Shown in pieces: positions 8,723-17,214 of a stretch of 64,000 nt of DNA. The stretch lies in the IMG/VR virus record IMGVR_UViG_3300035670_000186, positions 1,829 to 65,828 of that record; one strand, given 5' to 3'. The stretch comes from a virus (taxonomy: Duplodnaviria > Caudoviricetes). The translations under genes were made by a program, and so were the position numbers. Every line of letters starts with the position of its first letter. Position 1 is the stretch's first letter. Under the pieces are notes generated by a model. That model did no database searches. It worked only from the letters and a program-made list of their open reading frames with translations, and had not been told where the DNA came from.

Positions 8723-8796
8723 GTCCTCGTAGCTCAGTCGGATAGAGCGACGGTTTCCTAAACCGCAGGTCGCAGGTTCGATTCCTGCCGAGGACG
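8723..8796 (+). tRNA. tRNA-Arg, anticodon CCT
   Basis: GTCCTCG/CGAGGAC acceptor stem, GCTC/GAGC D arm, TT-CCT-AA loop, GCAGG-TTCGATT-CCTGC T arm; CCA not encoded. Confidence 0.95.
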
Positions 8797-8883
8797 CATA
8801 TAGCGGATCGTTTATATCGCTACTTTCGTAGTCGTATGACTACTTTTGTACTCGTGGGTGATATCATCGTCGCCGTAATTCCA

Positions 8884-9252
8884 GGGGCTGCAAGGTTTCG
8901 ACGACCAGGCAACCGACGGAGACGCGACACGGGCCGTTCGAACCCGCAAAACTCGGGCAAAAATACGACTGCCAACACGCAGTTCGCTCTCGCGGCCTAG
9001 ACCGTGAGAGACATCGTGGGTAGCGATACCGCACGGGGCCGATCCACCGCAGCCCGGCAACAGAAGCGGAGGATGACGGCGGGAAAGCACGCTGGCATCG
9101 GGGAAGACCGATGACGTTTCGGAAAGACGAGGCGACGCTCTTTCAAGGGCAACCGACCGATCGGTGGCGACGGCGTTAGCGCCAGTATCGGGATTGTCGT
9201 ATCGGCTTTGCGGGTGATTGTTCGGACGGGGGTTCGATTCCCCCCAGCTCCA
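8884..9252 (+). ncRNA. ssrA: tmRNA; tag reading frame ANTQFALAA at 8971-9000
   Basis: 5' GGGGCTG..GGTTTCGAC and 3' GGGGGTTCGATTCCCCC-CAGCTCC-A with G3.U pair; internal frame ends in ALAA-stop. Confidence 0.95.
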
Positions 9253-9253
9253 C

Positions 9254-9487
9254 TTAGTCCTTGTTCAAGTGGGACAAGATGAATTTGACGTGGGCGTTTC
9301 CGTCCTCGTCCACGGCGGTTATCTCGGCTTTCGTGAGGTCTAGGATACCCCTGGCCAAGTCCCCCAGCCTTAGAAACAGTTCTTTATTGTCGTCGTCCTT
9401 GCCCTCGGGGTCAAACGACATCTCGAAGAGTGCGTCCTGAATTTGCTCGATTACGTAGATTCTTGCTTGATCGTTCGTGATGGCCAT
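9254..9487 (-). CDS. Hypothetical protein
   Basis: 77-aa ORF; extended -10 TGtTAGCAT six nt before ATG (leaderless). Confidence 0.7.
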   Translation of the reverse strand: MAITNDQARIYVIEQIQDALFEMSFDPEGKDDDNKELFLRLGDLARGILDLTKAEITAVDEDGNAHVKFILSHLNKD

Positions 9488-9515
9488 TGACAGATGCTAA
9501 CACGTGTGTTATGCT
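9487..9515 (+). promoter_or_regulatory. Strong SigA-type promoter of the ssb operon
   Basis: TTGACA-N17-TATGCT with extended TG. Confidence 0.85.
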
Positions 9516-9558
9516 GCCCGTAGGCAAAAAACCATATCCACACAAGGAGGATACGAAC

Positions 9559-10026
9559 ATGTCATCAGCGCCTGTGACAATCACCGGAAATCTCACCGCG
9601 GATCCGGAGGTGAGGTACTTCGACTCGGGGGCGGCAAAGCTGACCTTCTCCGTCGCAGTGAACAACTACTGGACCGACGCCAAAGGCGAGAAGCAGGAGA
9701 AGACTTCGTTCTTCAACGTCATCGCCTGGAGGAATCTCGCCGAAGACGGATCTTCGGTTCTCACCAAGGGAATCCGCGTCACCGTTAGCGGAAGACTCGA
9801 GCAGGAGTCTTGGGACGACAAGGAAACGGGCAAGAAGCGTTCCGCCGTCCACGTTCTCGCAGACGAGATCGGTATCTCCGTGAGGAACATCGAGAGCTTC
9901 GAGCGCAAGCAGAAAGCCCAGACCGAAGGCGGCGCACAGTCGCCCAAGTCGCGCCCACAGGTCAAGGCCGTCGCCAAGGTCGGCGGGCCGAGGCAAGATG
10001 CTTTTGAGGGCGAGGAGCCCTTCTGA
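9559..10026 (+). CDS. ssb: Single-stranded DNA-binding protein
   Basis: VTITGNLTADPE, FSVAVN, FFNVIAW, acidic EEPF C-terminus; AAGGAGG RBS. Confidence 0.96.
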   Translation: MSSAPVTITGNLTADPEVRYFDSGAAKLTFSVAVNNYWTDAKGEKQEKTSFFNVIAWRNLAEDGSSVLTKGIRVTVSGRLEQESWDDKETGKKRSAVHVLADEIGISVRNIESFERKQKAQTEGGAQSPKSRPQVKAVAKVGGPRQDAFEGEEPF

Positions 10027-11552
10027 CCCTCACCTTCGGCAGTCTTTTCGCCGGCGTCGGTGGCTTCGATCTCGGATTCGAAGCCGCCGGCTGGCGCTGT
10101 CGTTGGCAGGTGGAGTGGGACGAACAGTGTCAGCGAATTCTTCGCAAGCACTGGCCGGACATTCCCAAGCATTACGACGTGCGAGACGTCAAGGGCTACG
10201 AAATAGAACCGGTTGACTGCATCAATTTCGGGTCTCCGTGCCAAGATCTTTCCGTCGCCGGAAAGAGGGCAGGACTCACCGGTTCGCGGTCCGGTTTGTT
10301 CCATGAAGCAATGCGAATAATCAGGGAGATGCGAGATGCAACAAACGGAGCTTTTCCAAGGCTCGCCATATGGGAGAACGTCCCAGGAGCCCTCACTTCC
10401 AACAAGGGAGCTGACTTCGGGGTCGTCCTCGACGAAATGGCTGAATCAGGGGCTGTGGCGATCGAATGGGCAGTCCTGGATGCGCAGTACTTCGGAGTCC
10501 CCCAACGGCGACGACGCGTCTTCGTCTGTGCTCTCTTCGATACTGGCGCCGCAGAACGAAGTCCCACCCCGGTATTACCTGTCCGCGAGGGCGTGCGCAG
10601 GCATTCTCAGAAGGGCAATAAGAAGAAACAAGACGCTTCCCGAGAGGTTGAAGCAAGCATTGTGGGCGGTAGTGGAGAAGGAACCGGAGTGGGCGGCGAC
10701 GGTTCTCAGCTCGACTTCGGAGCAGTCTCAGGAGACTCATCCTTCCGAATGAGAGGTTTCGGGGATTACGTTTCGGACGAGACGGCGTCCTCGATCAAAG
10801 CCAGGGACGGCAAGGACGCAACGGATCTCGTAGTTTCCGATGCGTCCTCGTTTACGGCGACAAGTTTCGCCAAGTACGTCGAAGGCGTCGGAACCCTCAG
10901 GGCCGCCGGCGGAGACCTCGGGGGAGGGAGCGAGACTCTCGTAACCTACGAGAAAGAAGAGGCCATGGTCTTCCATCCGCACAGGCAAGACGGAGTAAGG
11001 ATGCAGGGAGACACAGTGAACACTCTCACCGCCTTCATGGGTACGGGTGGACTGAACACCCCGATGGTCGCACAAGCTATCGGTTTTTCTCATACTCAAT
11101 GTCTGGATGCTCAGCCTTCGGAGGTGGCTTTCCCGACGCTTAGGACGGGCGGAGCGGGTCACGCCGTCGCGCACGTGGACATGAACGATGGTTTGGCCAT
11201 GACTCTCAGGTCCGGTGGCGACGGAGGAGTTCCTTCGTCGCGCGGCGAGAACCTCGTCATAGAACCGCAGGCATACGACGAATACAATGACAAGATCAGC
11301 GACAACGGGATTCACCACTCCCTGAGGGCCGGCACGAAACAGTCGAACGGAGTGATTCAGAACATGGTCGTTAGGCGCCTGATGCCCTCGGAGTGCGAGG
11401 CTCTCATGGGGTGGCCGAAGGATCACACGAGATGGACGGACGACGGAAAAGAATTGAGCGATACGCATAGGTACAAGCAATGCGGCAACGGCGTCGCAGC
11501 CCCAGTGGCGCAATGGATCGCCGAGAAATACGGAGAAGTTCTTGCTGGATAG
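10023..11552 (+). CDS. DNA (cytosine-5) methyltransferase, probable CTG start
   Basis: SLFAGVGG (motif I, upstream of the ORF-track start), GSPCQD, ENV, QRRRR, RRLMP.E...LMG and Y.Q.GN motifs. Confidence 0.9.
   Translation: MTLTFGSLFAGVGGFDLGFEAAGWRCRWQVEWDEQCQRILRKHWPDIPKHYDVRDVKGYEIEPVDCINFGSPCQDLSVAGKRAGLTGSRSGLFHEAMRIIREMRDATNGAFPRLAIWENVPGALTSNKGADFGVVLDEMAESGAVAIEWAVLDAQYFGVPQRRRRVFVCALFDTGAAERSPTPVLPVREGVRRHSQKGNKKKQDASREVEASIVGGSGEGTGVGGDGSQLDFGAVSGDSSFRMRGFGDYVSDETASSIKARDGKDATDLVVSDASSFTATSFAKYVEGVGTLRAAGGDLGGGSETLVTYEKEEAMVFHPHRQDGVRMQGDTVNTLTAFMGTGGLNTPMVAQAIGFSHTQCLDAQPSEVAFPTLRTGGAGHAVAHVDMNDGLAMTLRSGGDGGVPSSRGENLVIEPQAYDEYNDKISDNGIHHSLRAGTKQSNGVIQNMVVRRLMPSECEALMGWPKDHTRWTDDGKELSDTHRYKQCGNGVAAPVAQWIAEKYGEVLAG
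10336..10752 (+). CDS. Alternative-frame MTase beta-type subunit (M.EcoHK31I beta-like)
   Basis: AGGGAG RBS; W..QG...NG.SW...TSE.P...LSSIL...YYLS..AC.GILRRA..R.K.LP..L..AL; nested in the MTase gene. Confidence 0.7.
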   Translation: MQQTELFQGSPYGRTSQEPSLPTRELTSGSSSTKWLNQGLWRSNGQSWMRSTSESPNGDDASSSVLSSILAPQNEVPPRYYLSARACAGILRRAIRRNKTLPERLKQALWAVVEKEPEWAATVLSSTSEQSQETHPSE

Positions 11553-12147
11553 CGATATCAAGACCAAGTCATGGAACGAATCCGCATTGAACGCTCTTTT
11601 GCAGTTCCTTCCGAACGAGCACGCCCAATATCAATGCAGTGGATTCGTATTGTCTCACTGGATGCCAATGCTGACGATTCCGGAAGGCGAAGGCTTGGGT
11701 CGCCTCGCTCGCCTCAGGGCGTCGGTGGACGGCCTGATAGCGCTTCAGTTCTCTCCGGACGGCAAAATATACGACATCCCCGAGAGCTACAACAGGGACT
11801 TGATCATCTCGGCATGGAGAATGGTCGGTTTTTACGGAAGGGAATTCGGGGCGTACTCTTGTTATTCTTCGGAGCTCGATCTCGGACGAGTGTCCGGTGC
11901 GGTCCACAAGATCCTCGTAAAAAAACAAATGGATTACGGACACGAAAATATCAAGAGATTCGGTCGCATAGGTTTGATCGTAAGAATCCAAGATAAAGTG
12001 GCCAGGCTGGAAAACTTGATATCCAAGGGAATCGACGAAGACGGGCCGCAGAACGAATCATTGCTCGACAACGTCATAGACGTCATGGGTTATTCGGCGA
12101 TCGGAATAATGTGGGAAAAAGAGGAATTTCTTCTGCCGCTCGAATGA
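11542..12147 (+). CDS. DUF1599-like nucleotide-modification-associated protein
   Basis: KK..DYG...G..VRI.DK.ARL.NL...ES..D...D..GY. Confidence 0.75.
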   Translation: MLDSDIKTKSWNESALNALLQFLPNEHAQYQCSGFVLSHWMPMLTIPEGEGLGRLARLRASVDGLIALQFSPDGKIYDIPESYNRDLIISAWRMVGFYGREFGAYSCYSSELDLGRVSGAVHKILVKKQMDYGHENIKRFGRIGLIVRIQDKVARLENLISKGIDEDGPQNESLLDNVIDVMGYSAIGIMWEKEEFLLPLE

Positions 12148-12153
12148 GGTTCC

Positions 12154-12474
12154 TTACGGATTGATGGCCTCTTCTATCTTTTCTTTTATGGTTTCGGCCG
12201 GAGCCGCTCCGATTATGGAGCCGACGACTTTCCCTCCCGAGAAAATCAGCAGGGTGGGAATACTCATCACGTTGAACCGCCTGGCCAATTCCGGATTGTC
12301 GTCGACGTTGGACTTGGCGAATCTCACTCTCCCGCCGTATTCGTCCGACAGATCCTCGAGGATGGGCGCCATATACACGCAGGGCCCGCACCACGGCGCC
12401 CAGACGTCCAGAACCAACGGGGTGGGGGAGAGGGTCAAAACCGAGTCAAACTCGTCGCTTGAGATTTCTTGCAC
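12154..12474 (-). CDS. trxA: Thioredoxin
   Basis: WAPWCGPC active site, NVD..P and SIPTL; TAGAAT-N6-GTG leaderless start. Confidence 0.95.
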   Translation of the reverse strand: MQEISSDEFDSVLTLSPTPLVLDVWAPWCGPCVYMAPILEDLSDEYGGRVRFAKSNVDDNPELARRFNVMSIPTLLIFSGGKVVGSIIGAAPAETIKEKIEEAINP

Positions 12475-12497
12475 AATAAAATTCTAGTGGTCGGTAG

Positions 12498-12526
12498 TTG
12501 CTTTTCGTCGAAAGACCTCATAGGAT
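12498..12526 (+). promoter_or_regulatory. SigA-type promoter
   Basis: TTGCTT-N17-TAGGAT upstream of the second whiB. Confidence 0.6.
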
Positions 12527-12557
12527 GCGGTCAACAATTACTTAGGGAGTAGCTACT

Positions 12558-12782
12558 ATGATTTTCATTCCGGGTGAACAGTGGAGGAAAAAGGCGGCTT
12601 GTGCCGATATCCCTAGGACTTCGTTCTTTCCGAAAGGAAGGTCCGCATCGAAGGAAGCGTTGGCCGCCTGCGCTCGTTGTGAAGTCGTGAACGAGTGCCT
12701 GAAATACGCTTTGGACAATCAGATCGCTTTCGGCATTTGGGGTGGTAAAACCGAGGCTCAGCGAAAGAAAATGGTGGCATGA
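12558..12782 (+). CDS. whiB: WhiB-family transcription factor (second copy)
   Basis: W...AAC...FFP...CARC.V...C..YA...GIWGG.T...R. Confidence 0.93.
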   Translation: MIFIPGEQWRKKAACADIPRTSFFPKGRSASKEALAACARCEVVNECLKYALDNQIAFGIWGGKTEAQRKKMVA

Positions 12783-14722
12783 GCGCCAGGTATCTCTGGC
12801 TCGCCGACGATCAGCTGGTTCTGGATTTCCCCTACGACCAGAAAGACGTGGACGCCATAAAGAAAATCGCCGGAGCCAAGTGGGACAAACTGGGCAAGGT
12901 TTGGCGAGCCCCGGCCACCAGCGTGCGAGAGATAAGAGATTTCGCCGTACAAAGAAACTTCAAGATCGATCCTTCCGTGTTGAAATTCGACGCACCGAGG
13001 AAACTCAACGAACCCACCGGGATAACGTTCGATGATCAATGGATCTATCTCAGTTTCAACTGGGACGAAGTAAAAGTCAGGACCGTCAAAAAAATTCCTG
13101 GAGTTACCTGGCACGTCAAAACCAAAGCGTGGAGGGTGCCCAGAAGTTCGGTAAAAGAGGCCATCGGCTGGGCTGAGTCCTTCAGAATGTCGGTTCCCGA
13201 AGAGCTCGTTGACGACGCCAAGAATTTCGCCGAGAAAAGCAAGTCCATGAACATCGCATCGCGAGCGGAGACCGCCGACATCAAGATAAAAGGCATTGCG
13301 GGGAAAATGATGCCCTATCAGCTCGCAGGAGTATCGTATGCCTCCTCCGTGAAGCGTTGCTTCATCGCCGACGACATGGGTCTCGGAAAAACTTTGCAGG
13401 CCATAGCCACCCTCGAGTATTGTTCGGAAAAGGGCGACGACGTGTTCCCTGCGATAATCGTCTGTCCGCCCAACTTGGTTTTGAACTGGAAGGCCGAATA
13501 CGCAAAATGGGCGCCTCATAGAACCGTCTCCGTCGTTACTGACCGTAAGAATTTTCCTCACGACGAAAAGCACGACGTCGTTGTCGTAGGGTACTCGAAC
13601 ATCAACCATTGGTACAAGGCGATGCTCGATTACAAGAGTCTCGTGTGCGACGAGTCCCATTACCTCAAGAACAAAGAAGCACAACGAAGCAGGGCCGTCG
13701 CCAAGATCGCCAAGAAGGTTCAGGACGGAGTCGTACTCTGTCTCACGGGAACTCCGGTAACCAATAGGCCGATGGAGTATGCGAGTCAGCTGCAAATAAT
13801 CGGACGCATAGACGAGCTCGGCGGCGAGTGGGGTTTTTATCGTCGTTATTGCGCCGCTCACAAGGACAAGTTCGGTCACTGGATTCTCACCGGGGCGTCC
13901 AACCTTGAAGAACTCAACGACAAACTTAGGTCGCTGTGTTACATCAGGCGAACCAAGGACCAGGTTCTCACGGAGCTCCCCGACGTCATGCACGACATGT
14001 ATTACGTCGGTGTCTCCGAGAAGCATGCTTCGGAGTACGCAAAAGCCGAGAGCGACATCGTTGGGTTTCTCGTCGAAAGGGCTAAAGAAATAGCCAAGCA
14101 GCTCGGCAAGTCTCCCGGCTCGGCCGCGGTAATGGCCAAAATCAAAGCGGAGTCGAATACCCACCTCGTCAGACTGTCCGTATTGAGGCGCATCGCGGCC
14201 AAGGCGAAGATGGAAGCGGTAAAGGAGTGGGTGCAGGCGAACGTCGATTCAGGTCAAAAGGTCGTCGTTGCGGCCCACCATAGAGACGTGGTTGACGAGC
14301 TCGCCGAACAGTTCGGCGGACTCAAGATCCAGGGCGGAATGAAAGTCGAGGAGGTTGAGCTGGCCAAAAAGAAGTTCCAGACTCTTTCCGTAGAGGAGGC
14401 ACCGGTAATGGTTTTGTCCATTCAGGCGGCCAAAACAGGACACACCCTTACCGCCGCTCAAAAGGTATTGTTCGTGGAGCTTCCTTGGACCCCTGCGGAC
14501 GTGGATCAGCTCTACTCGAGGTGCCACAGGCTCGGGCAAAAAGGCTCCGTCATGGTCACTTACTCGATCGCCAGCGGAACCGTGGATGAGGACATACATT
14601 CATTGATCGAGTCAAAGCGCAGCGTCGTCAACGCCGCCGTTGACGGAGCGTCGGATTCCGAGGAAGAAGAAACGGTCGGTCAGCTCGTTTTGGATCTGCT
14701 GAAAAAAGGCCTTAGCGTTTGA
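12779..14722 (+). CDS. SNF2-family helicase with two N-terminal HARP-like repeats
   Basis: ADDMGLGKT, DESH, LTGTP and SRCHRLGQ motifs; two F.Y/WD...V..IKKI.G..W....K.W repeats. Confidence 0.92.
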   Translation: MSARYLWLADDQLVLDFPYDQKDVDAIKKIAGAKWDKLGKVWRAPATSVREIRDFAVQRNFKIDPSVLKFDAPRKLNEPTGITFDDQWIYLSFNWDEVKVRTVKKIPGVTWHVKTKAWRVPRSSVKEAIGWAESFRMSVPEELVDDAKNFAEKSKSMNIASRAETADIKIKGIAGKMMPYQLAGVSYASSVKRCFIADDMGLGKTLQAIATLEYCSEKGDDVFPAIIVCPPNLVLNWKAEYAKWAPHRTVSVVTDRKNFPHDEKHDVVVVGYSNINHWYKAMLDYKSLVCDESHYLKNKEAQRSRAVAKIAKKVQDGVVLCLTGTPVTNRPMEYASQLQIIGRIDELGGEWGFYRRYCAAHKDKFGHWILTGASNLEELNDKLRSLCYIRRTKDQVLTELPDVMHDMYYVGVSEKHASEYAKAESDIVGFLVERAKEIAKQLGKSPGSAAVMAKIKAESNTHLVRLSVLRRIAAKAKMEAVKEWVQANVDSGQKVVVAAHHRDVVDELAEQFGGLKIQGGMKVEEVELAKKKFQTLSVEEAPVMVLSIQAAKTGHTLTAAQKVLFVELPWTPADVDQLYSRCHRLGQKGSVMVTYSIASGTVDEDIHSLIESKRSVVNAAVDGASDSEEEETVGQLVLDLLKKGLSV

Positions 14723-14932
14723 TCAAGATACGCCGTTGATCTGTCCGAGCGTGGCTATGCCGAGCATGTTCGTATAGTCGGTTTTCGCTACGGAAGACTC
14801 GAATCGCACGGTTTTGTGCGAGCTATTCAGCGCTTCTTCCACCAGCCTGAGTTTATTTTCCAGCTCGGTTACCCTAGCCAAAAGATCTTCCCGCTCGTAG
14901 CGGTCGTTCATTTCGTCTTGAACTCTTCCCAC
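14723..14932 (-). CDS. Hypothetical protein
   Basis: Short coiled-coil ORF; ATG at 14911 overlaps the nuclease stop. Confidence 0.5.
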   Translation of the reverse strand: MGRVQDEMNDRYEREDLLARVTELENKLRLVEEALNSSHKTVRFESSVAKTDYTNMLGIATLGQINGVS

Positions 14933-15312
14933 GTTTTGTCTCCTGCGCCGTAGTACTCCCTAGCGTAGCCCGACTGAACTATGTCCGTATTGAGGCATGC
15001 CGTTGTGGGGTCGTCTATCTTGTCCGAAGAGTAAATTCTTGCCAAAACCCTGCCGTATTTGTCGTTTTTGTCGGGAATGGTATTGATGAATATCCATTTA
15101 TGATTGGTTACCCAATCCTGCGTAAACGCCTTTGCTTTTAGCCCCATGGCTTTTTCGGCGGCGTCTTTCGTTCTGGATTCGGGGGTGTTTACTCCGTAAA
15201 GTCTCACTCTAATTTTGTGGTGAATGTTGAACCCGAGATCTATCATCAAGTCCAGAGTGTCTCCATCGATCACCTTCAAGACTTGCGCTCCGTACCAAAA
15301 GCGTTGCATCAT
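14908..15312 (-). CDS. Thermonuclease (SNase-like)
   Basis: VIDGDT, VRLYGVNTPE and DKYGRVLA motifs. Confidence 0.92.
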   Translation of the reverse strand: MMQRFWYGAQVLKVIDGDTLDLMIDLGFNIHHKIRVRLYGVNTPESRTKDAAEKAMGLKAKAFTQDWVTNHKWIFINTIPDKNDKYGRVLARIYSSDKIDDPTTACLNTDIVQSGYAREYYGAGDKTWEEFKTK

Positions 15313-17042
15313 CTACCTTCAAAACCGTCTGTTCGAGGAATGGCTCTTCCCGGCCTTCTAGGTTTGTTCGGGTCCCTAGGGTAACGACCAATTTCAATTG
15401 AATTTCCCGGTTGGCCAGAGCGATTTGGATCTCTTGGATACCGACCGATTTGAATTGTCCCCGGGTCGCGCCGGTCGGCGGGATCGGGTTTATCTTTTCC
15501 TGGTCTGTTCGGCTCGATGGGGGTCGGGGCAGTTCGTGGTCGTGCGACACTCCTTCCGCGGCCGTCCTCTCCTACGATCAAATTTCCACCTCCGGGACCT
15601 CGTGGGTTGACTGGGGTGGGCCTATTTCTGTCGACGCCCGTAACCCTTCCGCTCGAGTCTCTGTTGAGTCGGCCTTCCCTGTCGGATTCACCGCCGGATC
15701 TTGCTCGGCTTATGGGGGATGCCGCGGTTTGATTTCTCATGTTGCCGTCGCGCCCGCCTCCACGCGCGTAGAAATCCCTAGTTCTTGCGTCCAGATCTCG
15801 CCTATCGGCATTGTTGGCGGCTCTCTGGTCGTCCCTGCGGCGTGCATTTTCGTTTCTGCCTTCGACGGCGGCCCTGCTTTCTCTTTGTCGCTGCAGTTGT
15901 TCCGCGATCCATTTCGGATCCCTCGCCGCATCGCTGTTTGCTCCACCTGGTCTGTTCGGATAACGAGATGCAACGTACTGCATTCCTCGTCCCCTGACTA
16001 TGCCATCCCACTCCTCTTGCGGTTCTTGCCTTGTCGGAGGTTGCGTATATCCCTGCGGTCGGAGTCTTTCAAAACGACTATTTTCGTTGTCCTGAAAGCT
16101 TGTGTCCGGTCTTAGTCTTTCCATTCTTCTCTGTTCGTTGTCTTCCCAGCTTGTATCGGGCTTATTTTCGGCGGGAGGAGTGGTTGTCGTTTCTTCCGTG
16201 GTTTCTCTGACCGGTTCGCCGGCCCTCATGCGTCTGTCGTATTCCGCGCGGGCCTCTCTTCTGGCTTGACGCTCGTCGTCGCTTCTGTCGGCCATGGCGG
16301 CCGTCGGAGTCATTCCTCGCTTGCGCAGTTGATTTCTGACGAATCGTTTTCTATCTTCTTCAACGGTGAAAGCCGATCGCGCATCTTCTCGCGCCACTAT
16401 TTCCTCGTCGGTTCTGTTTCCTTGACCACCCGGAGTGACTCCTTGACGGTTGAGCTCGGAGCTGACGAACTTTCTGCGTCTTTTCTCAAGGAAAGAATTG
16501 TCCATTCTTTCGTAATCTTTTTTGGGTTTTCTTTTTACGGGTTGTTCGTCCGGCGTTCCGTCGAAAATCATGCCGTCGCCGTCCCTGTCGATCATGTCGT
16601 CGGCCGATGCTCCCCCGCCGCCGATTGACGCCCCCAAAGCTTTGTACTTAACCGCTTTCTTCTTTCGGGGTCCGGGTTTTTCGTTGTTCGGCGAATATAC
16701 GCCCTTTACTACTCCGTCCGGTATTACGGCGAACCTGCATTTTCCGCCGTCCTCGACTTGCTGGGCGATGATCTTGCAGACTCCGTTGCCCTCGTACAGT
16801 GCGCAATTGGAGCACTTGACTCCGATATGTGCGACCACGTTGTCCTTGGCCTTCTCGTAGCCGGCCCATATTCCGGTTTCGTCCTCGTTGAATTTTCCGT
16901 ATTTTGAGGCTATGGACACCAATGAATCCGCCAAAGCTTGCTCGTCTGGGGAAAGCTTTGGTTTCGGTGGTTCGGGATTTTTGGCGACAACGACGATTAA
17001 TTCGCCGGACATCAGCTTCTCCGCCATTTCCATTGGATTCAT
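15309..17042 (-). CDS. Putative head-associated protein: HiPIP-like Cys4 motif, DRDGDG leader, Arg-rich disordered tail
   Basis: CSNC...C...C; KALG...DMIDRDGDGMIFDGTP shared with 56340..58100. Confidence 0.7.
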   Translation of the reverse strand: MNPMEMAEKLMSGELIVVVAKNPEPPKPKLSPDEQALADSLVSIASKYGKFNEDETGIWAGYEKAKDNVVAHIGVKCSNCALYEGNGVCKIIAQQVEDGGKCRFAVIPDGVVKGVYSPNNEKPGPRKKKAVKYKALGASIGGGGASADDMIDRDGDGMIFDGTPDEQPVKRKPKKDYERMDNSFLEKRRRKFVSSELNRQGVTPGGQGNRTDEEIVAREDARSAFTVEEDRKRFVRNQLRKRGMTPTAAMADRSDDERQARREARAEYDRRMRAGEPVRETTEETTTTPPAENKPDTSWEDNEQRRMERLRPDTSFQDNENSRFERLRPQGYTQPPTRQEPQEEWDGIVRGRGMQYVASRYPNRPGGANSDAARDPKWIAEQLQRQRESRAAVEGRNENARRRDDQRAANNADRRDLDARTRDFYARGGGRDGNMRNQTAASPISRARSGGESDREGRLNRDSSGRVTGVDRNRPTPVNPRGPGGGNLIVGEDGRGRSVARPRTAPTPIEPNRPGKDKPDPADRRDPGTIQIGRYPRDPNRSGQPGNSIEIGRYPRDPNKPRRPGRAIPRTDGFEGR

Positions 17043-17125
17043 GCGATCACCATTTCTCGTCGTTTTGTAGGACGAAGTACACGATTATTTTCCCACTAAA
17101 TTCTTCTTTGTAGAGTAAGCGGATC

Positions 17126-17164
17126 AAAGAAAAACCCCGAGGGTCTTTCGACCACTCGGGGGTT
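17126..17164 (-). terminator. Rho-independent terminator after the major capsid gene
   Basis: Minus strand CCCCGAG-GGTC-GAAA-GACC-CTCGGGG followed by TTTTTCTTT. Confidence 0.85.
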
Positions 17165-17214
17165 CTCCTGAGCGAAACGCTCTCCTCTCCCGGTGATTGG
17201 ACCGGGCCTCCTGG

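Noticed and set aside
8723-9253. tRNA or tmRNA as a prophage attachment site
   Set aside because: No integrase or duplicated 3' end in the window; both flanks are phage-like
9998-10216. ATG 9998 as MTase start through a frameshift
   Set aside because: Different frame; an immediate +1 shift meets TGA 10005, and CTG coupling is simpler
12758-14164. 468-aa antisense ORF
   Set aside because: Shadow of the SNF2 helicase gene caused by codon bias
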